Positions 1 through 9,714 of a stretch of DNA of 64,000 nt are shown here, one piece after another. The stretch spans positions 1,889-65,888 of the forward strand of contig CAJULZ010000001.1 in the NCBI GenBank assembly GCA_910587205.1, written 5' to 3'. Source of the stretch: an uncultured Oscillospiraceae bacterium. GTDB taxonomy: Bacteria; Bacillota; Clostridia; Oscillospirales; Oscillospiraceae. The notes under the pieces were generated by a model. It was not told where the DNA came from. It saw only the letters and a program-made list of their open reading frames with translations, and made no database searches. Each line of letters begins with the position of its first letter. Position 1 is the stretch's first letter. Both the position numbers and the translations under genes were made by a program.

Positions 1-105
1 CTCAACATTGCCGCGTATAAGAACGAGATCGCGGTAGACCTGCTGATCCAGATGCGCAACCGGGCTCTGGACGCCTATAACGAGCTGAAGAACATGAACG
101 TGTGA
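1..105 (+). CDS. fliE: Flagellar hook-basal body protein FliE (3' end only, truncated by window edge)
   Basis: Frame 1 reads LNIAAYKNEIAVDLLIQMRNRALDAYNELKNMNV-stop, matching the FliE C-terminus (Q.RN.A..AY.E...M.V). Lies directly upstream of fliF. Confidence 0.85.
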   Translation, partial: LNIAAYKNEIAVDLLIQMRNRALDAYNELKNMNV

Positions 106-164
106 CGCGGGGCGTCACGGATTCCCAGAGCAGGTAAGAACGCGGAGAGCGGGGTCGATGGCAG

Positions 165-1889
165 TTGAATAAGGAAAAGCTGAAGGGCTATCTTGATAAG
201 GTAAAGACGGCCCTCGGGAAAATTTCCAAAAAAATGTGGATTGTGATCGCGGCGGTGGCCGCCGTGGTCATCATCGGAATTGTCGGGATTGCCGTCTTCC
301 TGAACAACAGGCCCTACGCCCCCCTGGTGGTGGGGGCCAACAGCGAGGAGACGGCCACGGTGCTGGACTGGCTCCAGGAGCAGGGGATCACAGATTACCG
401 CATGGAGGGTTCGGGCACCATCACAGTGCCCGAGGGGCAGGCTCCGGCACTGAAGGCCCGGCTGCTCCAGGCGCAGTACTCCGGCACGAACGCCCCCTAC
501 AGCGGGTATTTTGAGCGGATCGGCCCCTTGTCCACCCAGACCGAGCGGAACAACGCGTGGCTTGTCACCCTCATTGAGGAGTACCAGAGCACCATCCGGC
601 AGTTTCCCGGCGTGCGGGACGCCAGCGTGACCATCAATCTGGGCGAAGACCGGGGGTACGTGCTGGACAGCAACAACAAGGTGGAGGCGTCCGCCGGGGT
701 CATGCTCACCATGCAGGACGGCAAGCTGCTCAGCAACGAGCAGGCCAATGCCATCCGCAACTACATATCCCGTGGTGTGGCCGGCTTGGACGTGGAAAAC
801 GTCACCGTTGAGGACACCTTGGGCAACATCTATAACAGCTTCGGCGGCGACGAGAGCGGCAACGGCAGCGCCGCGGAGTCCTCCGCCCTGAAGCTCCAAT
901 TGGAGCAGGAGTGGAGCAACCGCATCCGCACCCAGATCATGCAGGTGCTGGCCCCCGCTTTCGGCGGCCCGGAGAACGTGAACGTGGCCGTAAACGCGGT
1001 GGTGGAGCTGGGCAACAAGGAGATTGTGGACTACGACGTCCACCTGCCCGAGTTTGCCGAGAATGGCTCCACCAACGGCGCGGGCATCATCGGCACCCGG
1101 TTCTACGCCTATGAGTTCCTCACTGACGACCAGTCCACCGCTGGCGGCATCGTGGGCACCACCACCAACGCCGACCTGCCCACCCAGGTGGAGCAGGGGG
1201 AGGCTGTGGACGAGGTGCAGCGCATCCGCCAGGGCGAGGGGAGCGTCCAGTATGACAATCCCAAGACCCAGACCACCATGGTGATCCACTGCGGCACCCT
1301 CACCGACGTGAGCGTGGGCATCACCGTCAACTCCCGGGTCGTGGAGGACGGGGTTGTGGATGTGGCGGGTATCCGGCAGCTGGCCGCGGGCGCTTCGGGC
1401 ATCATGCCTGTGGCCACCGAGGAGATGACCGCCGAGGAGTACATGACCTGGAAGATCGCGGTGCTGGCCACCCCATTCCCCGTGGAGCCCGAGCCTGAGC
1501 CCGAGCCCCCCGTACCCGGCTTCTTCGGCGTGCCCTATTGGGTGCTTATCGCTGCGGGCGCCGGCCTGCTGGTGTTTGCCATTGTACTGACCATCGTCCT
1601 GTTGGTGCGCCGGAAGAAGCGCAAGAAGCAGGAGGAGGAGCAGCGTGCCGTGGAGGAACTGCTGGCCACCGCCATGCCGGGGCAGATGGAGATCGGCCCG
1701 GACGGGCAGCCTGTGGAGGTCCAGGTGGACGAGAACGGAAACCCGGTGTCCGGGGCCAATGTCATGGACCTGCACACCGAGCGGAGTATGGAGCTGCGGC
1801 AGAGTATCCGGGATTTTGTGGACGAGAACATGGAGGTTGCGGCCCTGCTGATCAAGAGCTGGCTAAAGGAGGATGGAGACAATGGCTGA
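165..1889 (+). CDS. fliF: Flagellar MS-ring protein FliF
   Basis: 574 aa, TTG start, N- and C-terminal TM helices, ASAGVMLTM / IRNYISRGVAGL..ENVTVED motifs, C-terminal ALLIKSWL. Lies between fliE and fliG. Confidence 0.93.
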   Translation: MNKEKLKGYLDKVKTALGKISKKMWIVIAAVAAVVIIGIVGIAVFLNNRPYAPLVVGANSEETATVLDWLQEQGITDYRMEGSGTITVPEGQAPALKARLLQAQYSGTNAPYSGYFERIGPLSTQTERNNAWLVTLIEEYQSTIRQFPGVRDASVTINLGEDRGYVLDSNNKVEASAGVMLTMQDGKLLSNEQANAIRNYISRGVAGLDVENVTVEDTLGNIYNSFGGDESGNGSAAESSALKLQLEQEWSNRIRTQIMQVLAPAFGGPENVNVAVNAVVELGNKEIVDYDVHLPEFAENGSTNGAGIIGTRFYAYEFLTDDQSTAGGIVGTTTNADLPTQVEQGEAVDEVQRIRQGEGSVQYDNPKTQTTMVIHCGTLTDVSVGITVNSRVVEDGVVDVAGIRQLAAGASGIMPVATEEMTAEEYMTWKIAVLATPFPVEPEPEPEPPVPGFFGVPYWVLIAAGAGLLVFAIVLTIVLLVRRKKRKKQEEEQRAVEELLATAMPGQMEIGPDGQPVEVQVDENGNPVSGANVMDLHTERSMELRQSIRDFVDENMEVAALLIKSWLKEDGDNG

Positions 1890-3006
1890 CGCCGCAGTCA
1901 CGGAAGCGAAAGCGGTCCCCGCCGCCGAGGCCAAAGCCCCGGCCCAGACCCCGGCAGCCGCTCCCGCGCCGAAAAAGAAGAAGGTCGGCCTGGGCGGGGT
2001 GGACATATCCAAGCTCACCGGCGCGCAGCGCGCCGCCACCGTCATCATCTCCCTGGGCGTGGAGCGGGCCTCTGCCCTTTACAAGCACATGGAGCCGGAG
2101 GACGTGGAGCAGCTCACCCTTGAGGTGGCGAAGCTGGGCTTCCTGGACTCTGAGCAGACCGAGGAAATCCTGTTTGAGTTTTACCAGCTGTGCCGCACCA
2201 ACCGGGCGGTGACGGAGGGCGGGCTGGAATACGCCCGCACGGTGCTGGAAAAAGCATACGGCGCCCAAACGGCGGAGGAGCTGCTGGGCAAGGTGACAAA
2301 GTCCCTGCAGAACCGGAACTTCTCCTTCATGGAGAAGGCGGACGAGAAGTCGCTGTTCTCCGCCCTGCAAAACGAGCGGCCGCAGACCATCTCCCTGGTG
2401 CTGTCCTATGTGGAGCCGGACAAGGCCGCCGGCGTCATTTCCCAGCTGGACGAAAAGCGGCAGGTCCAGGTGGTGGAGAGCATGGCGAAGATCGAGAGCG
2501 TGTCCCCCACTGCCGTCAAGATCATCGAGGCGGAGATGCGCAAGAAGTTCTCCAACATTGTCACCAGCGCCAACGTGAAGGTGGGCGGCATCGATTATGT
2601 GGCCGATGTGATGAACAACCTGGACCGCACCAGCGAGAAGAACATCTTCGACGGCTTGGCCGCCTACGACCAGGAGCTGGCCGACGAGATCCGCAAGCGG
2701 ATGTTTGTGTTCGAGGATATCATTACCATGGACGACCGGTCCGTGCAGCGTTTTGTCCGGGACTGCGACCCGCGGGACATCGTGCTGGCCCTCAAGTCCA
2801 CCACCGAGGACGTGGCCAAGAAGCTGCTTAGCAACATGTCCACCCGTATGGCCCAGAATATCCGAGACGACTTGGAGATCACCACCAACGTCCGCAAGAA
2901 GGACGCCGAGGACGCCCAGCAGCGCATTGTGGATATCATCCGCGACCTGGAGGAGAAGAACGAGATCATAATCGCAAAGGGTGGAAAGGACGATATCATT
3001 GCCTAA
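1882..3006 (+). CDS. fliG: Flagellar motor switch protein FliG
   Basis: GGLEYAR, ERPQTISLVLSY, GGIDYVA and MFVFEDI motifs. AGGAGG RBS 9 nt before ATG 1882. Confidence 0.96.
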   Translation: MADAAVTEAKAVPAAEAKAPAQTPAAAPAPKKKKVGLGGVDISKLTGAQRAATVIISLGVERASALYKHMEPEDVEQLTLEVAKLGFLDSEQTEEILFEFYQLCRTNRAVTEGGLEYARTVLEKAYGAQTAEELLGKVTKSLQNRNFSFMEKADEKSLFSALQNERPQTISLVLSYVEPDKAAGVISQLDEKRQVQVVESMAKIESVSPTAVKIIEAEMRKKFSNIVTSANVKVGGIDYVADVMNNLDRTSEKNIFDGLAAYDQELADEIRKRMFVFEDIITMDDRSVQRFVRDCDPRDIVLALKSTTEDVAKKLLSNMSTRMAQNIRDDLEITTNVRKKDAEDAQQRIVDIIRDLEEKNEIIIAKGGKDDIIA

Positions 3007-3889
3007 TATATTTAAGGTCTTTTCCAGGGCCAAAGCGGAGCCCTACCAGTTCCCCGACGCGGAGGAACTGGCAGTGGGGCCGCCGGAGGCCAGGCCGGAA
3101 GATGCGCCGCCCGCCCCGGAGGACAAAGCGCCCCCCGGCGAGGAAGCCCCGGGGTTTGACGTGCTTGTGGGGGAGCCTATGTCTGAACCCGAGCCAGAGC
3201 CGGAACCGGAACCGGAACCCGAGGAGAACCCTATTACCTTCGCCCAGATCCAGGCAGAAGCCATCCTGGCCGAGGCGCGCCAGAATGCCGACCGCATTCT
3301 GGCCCAGGCCAGGGAGGATGCCGACCGGGAGGCGGAAAACGTATTTGCCCGGGCGCGGGAGAACGGCTATCAGGACGGCTACGCCGAGGGTATGGTCCAG
3401 GCCGCCGGGGAGGCCGCCCAACAGCGGGAGGAACAGGCCCAGCGCCAGGAGGAGGAGGTGCACCGCTTCCTGGAGCAGGCGGGGCACGCCCTGGACCGGC
3501 AGATGGATCAGAGCGTGGCCGACCTGCGGGACTTGGCTTTGGCGGTGGCGGAGAAGGTGGTATGTGTCAGCCTGAAAAGCAGCGCCGACGTGATTAGCCG
3601 GATGATCCAGACCGCCATTGACAAGCGGAAAAAGAAGGAATGGGTGCACATTTATATTGCTGAGTGCGACGCCAAGCGGCTTACCCAGATTCCCGCGCCT
3701 CTGTCCGCCGCCCTCAGCGCCCTGTCCGACCGGGTGCGCATTATCCCTATGTCGGACGACGAGTCGGGCACCTGCATTATTGAGATGCCTGACGAGATTG
3801 TGGACGCCAGCGCCGCCACTCAGCTTAACAACCTGCGCACTATTTTGATGGATACCGCCAGCAGCGGATCGGGGATGAACCTGTTCTGA
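2999..3889 (+). CDS. fliH: Flagellar assembly protein FliH
   Basis: AxxxGxxxGxxxG repeats (ARENGYQDGYAEG), C-terminal GTCIIE..IVDAS, Pro/Glu-rich N-terminal linker. Start is TTG 2999 or GTG 2981. Confidence 0.85.
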   Translation: MPNIFKVFSRAKAEPYQFPDAEELAVGPPEARPEDAPPAPEDKAPPGEEAPGFDVLVGEPMSEPEPEPEPEPEPEENPITFAQIQAEAILAEARQNADRILAQAREDADREAENVFARARENGYQDGYAEGMVQAAGEAAQQREEQAQRQEEEVHRFLEQAGHALDRQMDQSVADLRDLALAVAEKVVCVSLKSSADVISRMIQTAIDKRKKKEWVHIYIAECDAKRLTQIPAPLSAALSALSDRVRIIPMSDDESGTCIIEMPDEIVDASAATQLNNLRTILMDTASSGSGMNLF

Positions 3890-3980
3890 CGGGGGACCCG
3901 GGCGGAAAATCAGACAGCACATCCCCGCGCACACCTCTTGTCGGGGCAAGCGCGGAGAGCACTGGTCAAGGGAGGATGCC

Positions 3981-5291
3981 ATGCCTTCTGTTTTTCAGCA
4001 GATGACCCGACAGGTCTACAACGCAGAGCCCTATAGCCTGACGGGAAAAATTGAAAACATCGTGGGCATGTCCATTGAGGCGTCCGGCGGTCGGGCCGCC
4101 GTGGGCGACATCTGCCGCATTTACAACGGGGATTCCGGCGGACAGGTGACTGCCGAAGTGGTGGGGTTCAAGAACGACCACATCCTGCTTATGCCCTATT
4201 CGGATATGGGAGGCATCTCGGCGGGCAACTTCGTGCGCAACACGGGGCGGCAGCTCACCCTCCAGGTGGGCGAGTTCCTCAGGGGCCGTATCATCAACGC
4301 CCTGGGCCAGCCCATCGACGGCAAGGGCCCCTTTGAGGGGGGCACCTCCTACTGCGTGGGAGGCGGGTACATCAACCCCTTGCAGCGTCCCCCCATCCGG
4401 GAGCGCATCCAGTTTGGGGTGAAAGCCATCGATGGGCTGATCACCATCGGGAAGGGCCAGCGCATCGGCATATTTGCCGGTTCCGGCGTGGGCAAGTCCA
4501 CCCTGATGGGGATGATCGCGAAAAACGTCACCGCCGACATCAACGTGATCGCCCTGGTGGGCGAACGCGGGCGCGAGGTTTTGGAGTTTGTCGAGAAGGA
4601 CTTGGGCCCTGAGGGCATGAAACGGTCCATTCTGGTGGTAGCCACCTCCGACCAGCCTGCGATGCTGCGGATGCGGTGCCCCAGCGTGGCCACCGGCATC
4701 GCGGAGTATTTTAGGGACCAAGGGTACGATGTGCTGCTGATGATGGACTCCCTCACCCGGTTTGCCATGGCCCAGCGGGAGATCGGCCTGGCGATTGGTG
4801 AACCGCCGGTATCCCGGGGCTATACCCCGTCTATGTACGCGGAAATGCCCAAGCTGCTGGAGCGCAGCGGCAATTTCAGCCGGGGCTCCATCACCGGGGT
4901 ATATACCGTGCTGGTGGAGGGCGACGACACCAACGAGCCCATCGCGGATACCGTGCGCGGCATTCTGGACGGGCACATCGTGCTCTCCCGGCAGCTTGCC
5001 AACTCCAACCACTACCCCGCCATCGACGTGGGGGCCAGCATCTCCCGCCTGATGACGGAAATTGTCTCCCCGGAGCACCGGCAGTTGGCCTCACGGGTGC
5101 GGGATATCATGAGCGTATACGAAAAAAACGCCGACCTGGTAGCCATCGGGGCCTATAAGCCGGGCACCAACCGAAAGCTGGATTCTGCCATGTCCAAGAT
5201 CGACGCGGTGAACGATTTTCTTACCCAGGATGTCGACGAAGCCTTCACCTATAAACAATGCGTGGAGGAATTGGCCAAGATTCTGAAATAA
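3981..5291 (+). CDS. fliI: Flagellar export ATPase FliI
   Basis: Walker A GSGVGKST, GERGREV, MDSLTRFAMAQREIG and ILDGHIVLSR motifs. Confidence 0.97.
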   Translation: MPSVFQQMTRQVYNAEPYSLTGKIENIVGMSIEASGGRAAVGDICRIYNGDSGGQVTAEVVGFKNDHILLMPYSDMGGISAGNFVRNTGRQLTLQVGEFLRGRIINALGQPIDGKGPFEGGTSYCVGGGYINPLQRPPIRERIQFGVKAIDGLITIGKGQRIGIFAGSGVGKSTLMGMIAKNVTADINVIALVGERGREVLEFVEKDLGPEGMKRSILVVATSDQPAMLRMRCPSVATGIAEYFRDQGYDVLLMMDSLTRFAMAQREIGLAIGEPPVSRGYTPSMYAEMPKLLERSGNFSRGSITGVYTVLVEGDDTNEPIADTVRGILDGHIVLSRQLANSNHYPAIDVGASISRLMTEIVSPEHRQLASRVRDIMSVYEKNADLVAIGAYKPGTNRKLDSAMSKIDAVNDFLTQDVDEAFTYKQCVEELAKILK

Positions 5292-5315
5292 ACTCGCCAA
5301 GGAGCGAAAAGACAG

Positions 5316-5768
5316 ATGAAGAAATTCAAGTTCTCTTTGGATTCCGTCCTCTCGTATAAAGAACAGATTTTGGATGCTCTGAAGGGTGAGCACGCCGCCA
5401 TTCTGGCCCAGGTCCGGGAACAGGAAGACGTGCTGGAGGCAGTATGGCAGGAGTACCGCGAGTGCAACGAGGAGTACCGCCAGCGCAAGGCCGAGGGAAT
5501 TACCGTTATGGACGCCATGTTTTACCAGAACGGCCTGCGGGTCCTGGAGGCGGATATACAGAGGGAGACCGACCAGCTGGAGGAGCTCAGGCGGCAGGAG
5601 GAGGCCAAGCGCCAGCAGGTGGTGGACGCCAAGATCGACACCTCCTCCCTGGAAAAGCTGAAGGACAAGAAGCTGGAGCTTTACAATAAGGCGGTGCAGA
5701 AAAGCGAGGAGGCCCTGATCGACGAGTTTGTCAGCTCCGCACGGGCCCGCGCCAATATCGGCGCATAA
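5316..5768 (+). CDS. fliJ: Flagellar export protein FliJ
   Basis: MKKFKFSLDSVL N-terminus, coiled coil, LEKLK...E...IDE C-terminus. Follows fliI. Confidence 0.92.
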   Translation: MKKFKFSLDSVLSYKEQILDALKGEHAAILAQVREQEDVLEAVWQEYRECNEEYRQRKAEGITVMDAMFYQNGLRVLEADIQRETDQLEELRRQEEAKRQQVVDAKIDTSSLEKLKDKKLELYNKAVQKSEEALIDEFVSSARARANIGA

Positions 5769-5776
5769 AATGAGGT

Positions 5777-5878
5777 CTCCGCAAAATCGGTCTTTAGGCT
5801 TTGCGGGGAGAGGAGCCGCAGCGAAATGAGCGGGATTGCGGCAACGAGGTCCAAACCGGCGGCACGCCGCCGTTTGGA
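5777..5878. repeat. Multi-hairpin intergenic element (possible REP/MITE-like unit)
   Basis: Three inverted repeats in tandem: CTCCGCAAA/TTTGCGGGG, GCCGCA/TGCGGC and TCCAAAC.GGCGGC/GCCGCCGTTTGGA. Only one copy is seen in this window. Confidence 0.35.
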
Positions 5879-5912
5879 AATAGATATCTTAGGAAGAAAG
5901 GAGGAAAACAAG

Positions 5913-7052
5913 ATGGAACAGGCAAGCAATGTGGCTCTTTCCATGCTCCAGGCGGTGGCGTCCCAGGCGCAACTTCCCAAGACGGGCAAGGGCGACGTGG
6001 ACAGCGAGTTTCAGAAGCTGATTGAAAAGGCCCAGTCCGGACAGCCGGACAGCGAGATCCAGGAGCGGCCGAAGGCGGAGAAGCCGGCCAATGCCAAGAA
6101 ACCGGAGAAGGCCCCGGCCCAGAAAAAGCCCCAGGATTCCACAGAGGAGGCCGTCCAGCAGGGCGCGTATGTAGTGGTCGGCCAGATGCCCCCCGACGCG
6201 GTTGTTGAGCTCGTCACGCTGAAGACACCCGAAACAGGGGAGGCGATCGCCATCGGTATGGTGGAGGGCTGGAACGGCCAGATCTCGGCCAGTGCGGTCG
6301 GCCCGGAGGAGATTGCCGGGGAGACCGGATGGACCGGCGCCCAGCCCCTGGACGTTTCCGACCCCAAGGCGGACGTGATCCTGGAGGCCACGGCACCCGG
6401 CGCGGATAACAGCCCCGCGGCTATGCTGGAAAAGGTGGTTGCCGGGCAGACCGGGCAGGAGATCCAGCCGGAGACGGGCGAACCCCAGCCCCAGCAGCAG
6501 GAGGACGGCGCCCCGGAGATGGAGCTTCTTGACGTGGAGCAGGCCCCCCAGCGTATTTTCCACGATGTGGAGGCTGCGCCGGTGAAAGTGGGCGAGGTGT
6601 ACGACGCCCAGCAGACGGAGGGACCCAACGTGGTCAAGCAGCTGGACGCCCAGATCAATCAGGCCATGCAGGACGGCGAATCCCTGGTGCGCATTCAGCT
6701 CACCCCGGAAAACCTGGGCAGCGTGACGGTGGAGATCACCCGCAGCGCGGAGGGTCTGATCCGGGTGGCCCTCGGCGCCCACAGCGCGGAGACCCGTGGG
6801 CTGTTGGAGCGGCACGCAGGCGACCTGCAGGGGATGCTCAGCAGTCGGGGGCAGGAGGTTCAGGTGGATGTCCAGCGTCAGGCAGAGAGCCAGCAGAACC
6901 AGAACCAGCAGCACAGCTATGACGGGCACAACGGCCACGCCCAGGACGGCCAGGAGCGCCGCCAGCAGCGCCGGGAACACACCAGCAGCCCCCAGGATTT
7001 CATGCAGCAGCTGCGCTTGGGGCTGATCCCCATGGACGGGGAAGACATTTGA
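5913..7052 (+). CDS. fliK: Flagellar hook-length control protein FliK
   Basis: Low-complexity N-terminus, C-terminal T3S4 motif IQLTPENLGSVTVEI, Q-rich tail. GGAGG RBS before ATG 5913. Lies between fliJ and flgD. Confidence 0.88.
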   Translation: MEQASNVALSMLQAVASQAQLPKTGKGDVDSEFQKLIEKAQSGQPDSEIQERPKAEKPANAKKPEKAPAQKKPQDSTEEAVQQGAYVVVGQMPPDAVVELVTLKTPETGEAIAIGMVEGWNGQISASAVGPEEIAGETGWTGAQPLDVSDPKADVILEATAPGADNSPAAMLEKVVAGQTGQEIQPETGEPQPQQQEDGAPEMELLDVEQAPQRIFHDVEAAPVKVGEVYDAQQTEGPNVVKQLDAQINQAMQDGESLVRIQLTPENLGSVTVEITRSAEGLIRVALGAHSAETRGLLERHAGDLQGMLSSRGQEVQVDVQRQAESQQNQNQQHSYDGHNGHAQDGQERRQQRREHTSSPQDFMQQLRLGLIPMDGEDI

Positions 7053-7074
7053 CACAGAAAGGAGCGCATCCCAC

Positions 7075-7740
7075 ATGAGCAGCAACTCAATGGCGGACAT
7101 CGCTGGCCTGCTTGGCGCGAAGAACACCAATGTGGTAAAGAACAGCACCAGCCGGCCGGGGAACACCGAGCTGAATATGCAGGACTTCCTGAACCTGATG
7201 ATCGTGCAGCTTCAGAACCAGACCATTGACGACACCATGGACACCAGCGAGATGATGAACCAGATGGTGCAGATGCAGATGATCTCCGCCGTCAGCAACA
7301 TGACCGAGACCAATATCATGAGCTATGCCGGCTCCCTGGTTGGTAAGGTTGTCACCATCGGCATCGTCAACGGCAACGACCTGGAGGAGCGGGAGATCGT
7401 GGTCATGGGCACCGGCGTGCTCAACGGCCAGCAGGTCATCTTCGGCAGCGACGGTGAGGCCTATGCCCTGAACCAGATCATGGCCATAGGCCGCCTGCCC
7501 AATGAGGACGGAAGCTATGGCCCGACTCAGCCCGGCGACACAACCAAGCCCGGCGAGGGTACGGGTGATTCCACCACCAAGCCGGAGGAGGGGGACAAAC
7601 CCACCGAGGGAACCGGAGGCACGGAGGGCGAGCTGCCCGGCGACCGTCCCACGGACAACGTGGATGGGACCGGGGGAACCACCCCGGATAACAGCGAAGG
7701 CAAGGGAGACACGGTTGATCCCCCCGCCCCGGCGGAGTGA
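7075..7740 (+). CDS. flgD: Flagellar hook capping protein FlgD
   Basis: LNMQDFLNLMIVQLQNQ...MD..EMMNQMVQ and SLVGKVV motifs, plus an acidic G/T/P-rich C-terminal extension. Confidence 0.9.
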   Translation: MSSNSMADIAGLLGAKNTNVVKNSTSRPGNTELNMQDFLNLMIVQLQNQTIDDTMDTSEMMNQMVQMQMISAVSNMTETNIMSYAGSLVGKVVTIGIVNGNDLEEREIVVMGTGVLNGQQVIFGSDGEAYALNQIMAIGRLPNEDGSYGPTQPGDTTKPGEGTGDSTTKPEEGDKPTEGTGGTEGELPGDRPTDNVDGTGGTTPDNSEGKGDTVDPPAPAE

Positions 7741-7762
7741 AGAAAATTGAGGTGAACTTGAG

Positions 7763-8152
7763 ATGATCCAGCGTGTATCAGGACAACAGCGCACGGACGC
7801 GCTACAGGCCCGGGTACAGCGGCAGGGGACAGCAGGCGCGTTCGGAGCCATGTTCCAGCAGGAGCTGGCCAAAAGCACCCAGCAGCAGCCCCAGGCCCTG
7901 GGTGTGGAGTTTTCCAAGCACGCCATCTCCAGGGCGCAGGAACGGGGGATCGAGGTCACGCCGGACCTGATGGATCAGCTGGCGGGCAGCGTCATCCGGG
8001 CCCAGGCCAAGGGGGCCACCAACATCCTGGCGATGGACACGGAAAAGGCATTTATCATCAATGTGCCCAATGCCAGGGTCATCACCGCCATCACCCAAGA
8101 GGAAATGAGAGAAAATATCTTCACGAACATTGACGGCGCCGTATTCCTGTAA
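7763..8152 (+). CDS. Flagellar operon protein (TIGR02530 / Flagellar_put-like), function unknown
   Basis: FSKHA..R..ERGI motif and C-terminal VITAI...ENIFTNIDGAV. Typical position between flgD and flgE. Confidence 0.85.
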   Translation: MIQRVSGQQRTDALQARVQRQGTAGAFGAMFQQELAKSTQQQPQALGVEFSKHAISRAQERGIEVTPDLMDQLAGSVIRAQAKGATNILAMDTEKAFIINVPNARVITAITQEEMRENIFTNIDGAVFL

Positions 8153-8166
8153 TAAGATAGTAGACA

Positions 8167-8219
8167 GAAGGCAGGACCGGATTCGGATGCCTTCGGCCTG
8201 CGCCCGACTGGCGCGGGCC
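8167..8219 (+). promoter_or_regulatory. Structured RNA element in the flgE leader (two adjacent hairpins)
   Basis: Stem GAAGGCA(8167-8173)/TGCCTTC(8188-8194) encloses GGACCGGATTCGGA (three GGA). It abuts a 10-bp stem 8195-8204/8210-8219 with loop CGACT. Confidence 0.5.
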
Positions 8220-8256
8220 GGGCGGCGCCAAAACCGAAAGGAGTTAATTAGCAGCT

Positions 8257-9606
8257 ATGACTGGTTCTATGTACGCGGCCATTGCCGGCCTGCGAACCCA
8301 TATGCAAAACCTGAACGTCATCGGCAACAACGTTGCCAACGTGAACACCCAGGGGTATAAGTCTTCCCGTTCGGTGTTCAAGACCACCATCTACACCACC
8401 CTGTCCGGCGGCTCGGACGGCACCCAGGTGGTGGGCGGCGCGAACCCCTCCCAGATCGGCTACGGCTCCAACATGGCCTCGGTGGACATCGACATGAGCA
8501 CCGGCAACCTCGCCGTGACCGGCAACCCCACCGACATGATGATCGACGGCGCGGGCTTCTTCCTCATGGGCAACAAGGATGTCGCCGCCACGTTCGACGG
8601 CAGCGCCGGGGACGTGAACAAGCTCACCTCCCTCACCCTCACCCGCGTGGGCAACTTTGAGTTCAAGGCCGACGGCCACCTGACCAACAACGACCTGTGC
8701 GTGTACGGCTTTATGTGCACCGGCACGGCCACCCAAGCCGATGTGATAGCGGGCAAGGCCAAAGAGGTGGGCGACCCCATCTTCAGCGACCAGCTGGTGC
8801 CCATCCGCTTCCCCCGCATTAAGTCGGTGGAGAAGTTTTACGATGCGGAGGGCGTTGAGATCACCGGCGAGGAGCTGGCGGACATCAAGGAGCAGTATGA
8901 TGAGGACGGCACCCTGCCTGATGGCGTGACCCGGAAGATGGTGCCCACCATCATGTATGCCAGCGATATGGCGGACCCCGTGGATGAGGACGGCAATCCC
9001 GACCCGGACGGCACCCGCGCCTATAAGCCGCTGGATGATTACCATGAGATGATCACCGAGGGCGAGGGGGACGCCGCCGTCACGACCCGGAAGGATTACC
9101 CCTATGCCCAGTTCAACGGCATCACCGTGGACAAGAAGACCGGCATCATCAGCGGCACCAGCAACGACACCAACGAGACGGTCATCATCGGCTGCGTGGC
9201 CATCGGCCAGGTGACCAACCCCAACGGCGTCACCCAGATCGGCAACAGCTACTACACCGCGGGCCCCGGTTCGGGGGATCTGACCGTCTCTGTGCTGGGC
9301 GGCGGCGCGGAAGGAATGGGAATCTCCCACATTAACCAGTCCCTCGGCTGGGCCAGCGCGGGCATCGGCCCCGACGGCCCTGGGGCGGACGCGGACGACG
9401 CTGCGGTGCCCGAGGATATCGACGGCCTGCGCATCCGCAACGGCGGCAAGACCGGCTTGCAGACCAACGGCCTGGAGAGCTCCAAGACCGACCTGGCCCA
9501 GGAGATTGCCAACATGATCGTCACCCAGCGCGGCTACCAGGCCAACACCCGTATCATCACCGTGACCGACTCCATGCTGGAAGAACTGGTCAACATGAAG
9601 CGCTGA
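8257..9606 (+). CDS. flgE: Flagellar hook protein FlgE
   Basis: N-terminal VIGNNVANVNTQGYK, TGNPTDMMIDGAGFF, C-terminal LESSKTDLAQEIANMIVTQRGYQAN. Confidence 0.93.
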   Translation: MTGSMYAAIAGLRTHMQNLNVIGNNVANVNTQGYKSSRSVFKTTIYTTLSGGSDGTQVVGGANPSQIGYGSNMASVDIDMSTGNLAVTGNPTDMMIDGAGFFLMGNKDVAATFDGSAGDVNKLTSLTLTRVGNFEFKADGHLTNNDLCVYGFMCTGTATQADVIAGKAKEVGDPIFSDQLVPIRFPRIKSVEKFYDAEGVEITGEELADIKEQYDEDGTLPDGVTRKMVPTIMYASDMADPVDEDGNPDPDGTRAYKPLDDYHEMITEGEGDAAVTTRKDYPYAQFNGITVDKKTGIISGTSNDTNETVIIGCVAIGQVTNPNGVTQIGNSYYTAGPGSGDLTVSVLGGGAEGMGISHINQSLGWASAGIGPDGPGADADDAAVPEDIDGLRIRNGGKTGLQTNGLESSKTDLAQEIANMIVTQRGYQANTRIITVTDSMLEELVNMKR

Positions 9607-9630
9607 CCCTGATTTTTGAACCAGGCGCGG

Positions 9631-9661
9631 CCCGGGGGAGGGGATCGTCCCCTCCCCCGGG
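9631..9661 (+). other. Perfect 14-bp GC hairpin after flgE (no U-tract; probably an mRNA stabiliser or partial terminator)
   Basis: CCCGGGGGAGGGGA-TCG-TCCCCTCCCCCGGG. Confidence 0.6.
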
Positions 9662-9714
9662 GCCGGCCCCCTGAGCTTTCCTGTCCCACCAACCAGGAAA
9701 AGGAGGTCCGCACC

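Noticed and set aside
3184..3222. Short tandem repeats (EP/PA/PT codons) here and in fliF, fliY, cheA and the 37210 gene
   Set aside because: In-frame, degenerate, low-complexity linkers. They are not CRISPR repeats or frameshifting phase-variation tracts.
5826..5912. Upstream-extended starts in the ORF track (fliK, flbD, fliP, ftsE-like, ftsA-like, cheB, pilZ, SLH2)
   Set aside because: The extensions run through hairpins or neighbouring genes. Downstream starts with clear RBS were used instead.
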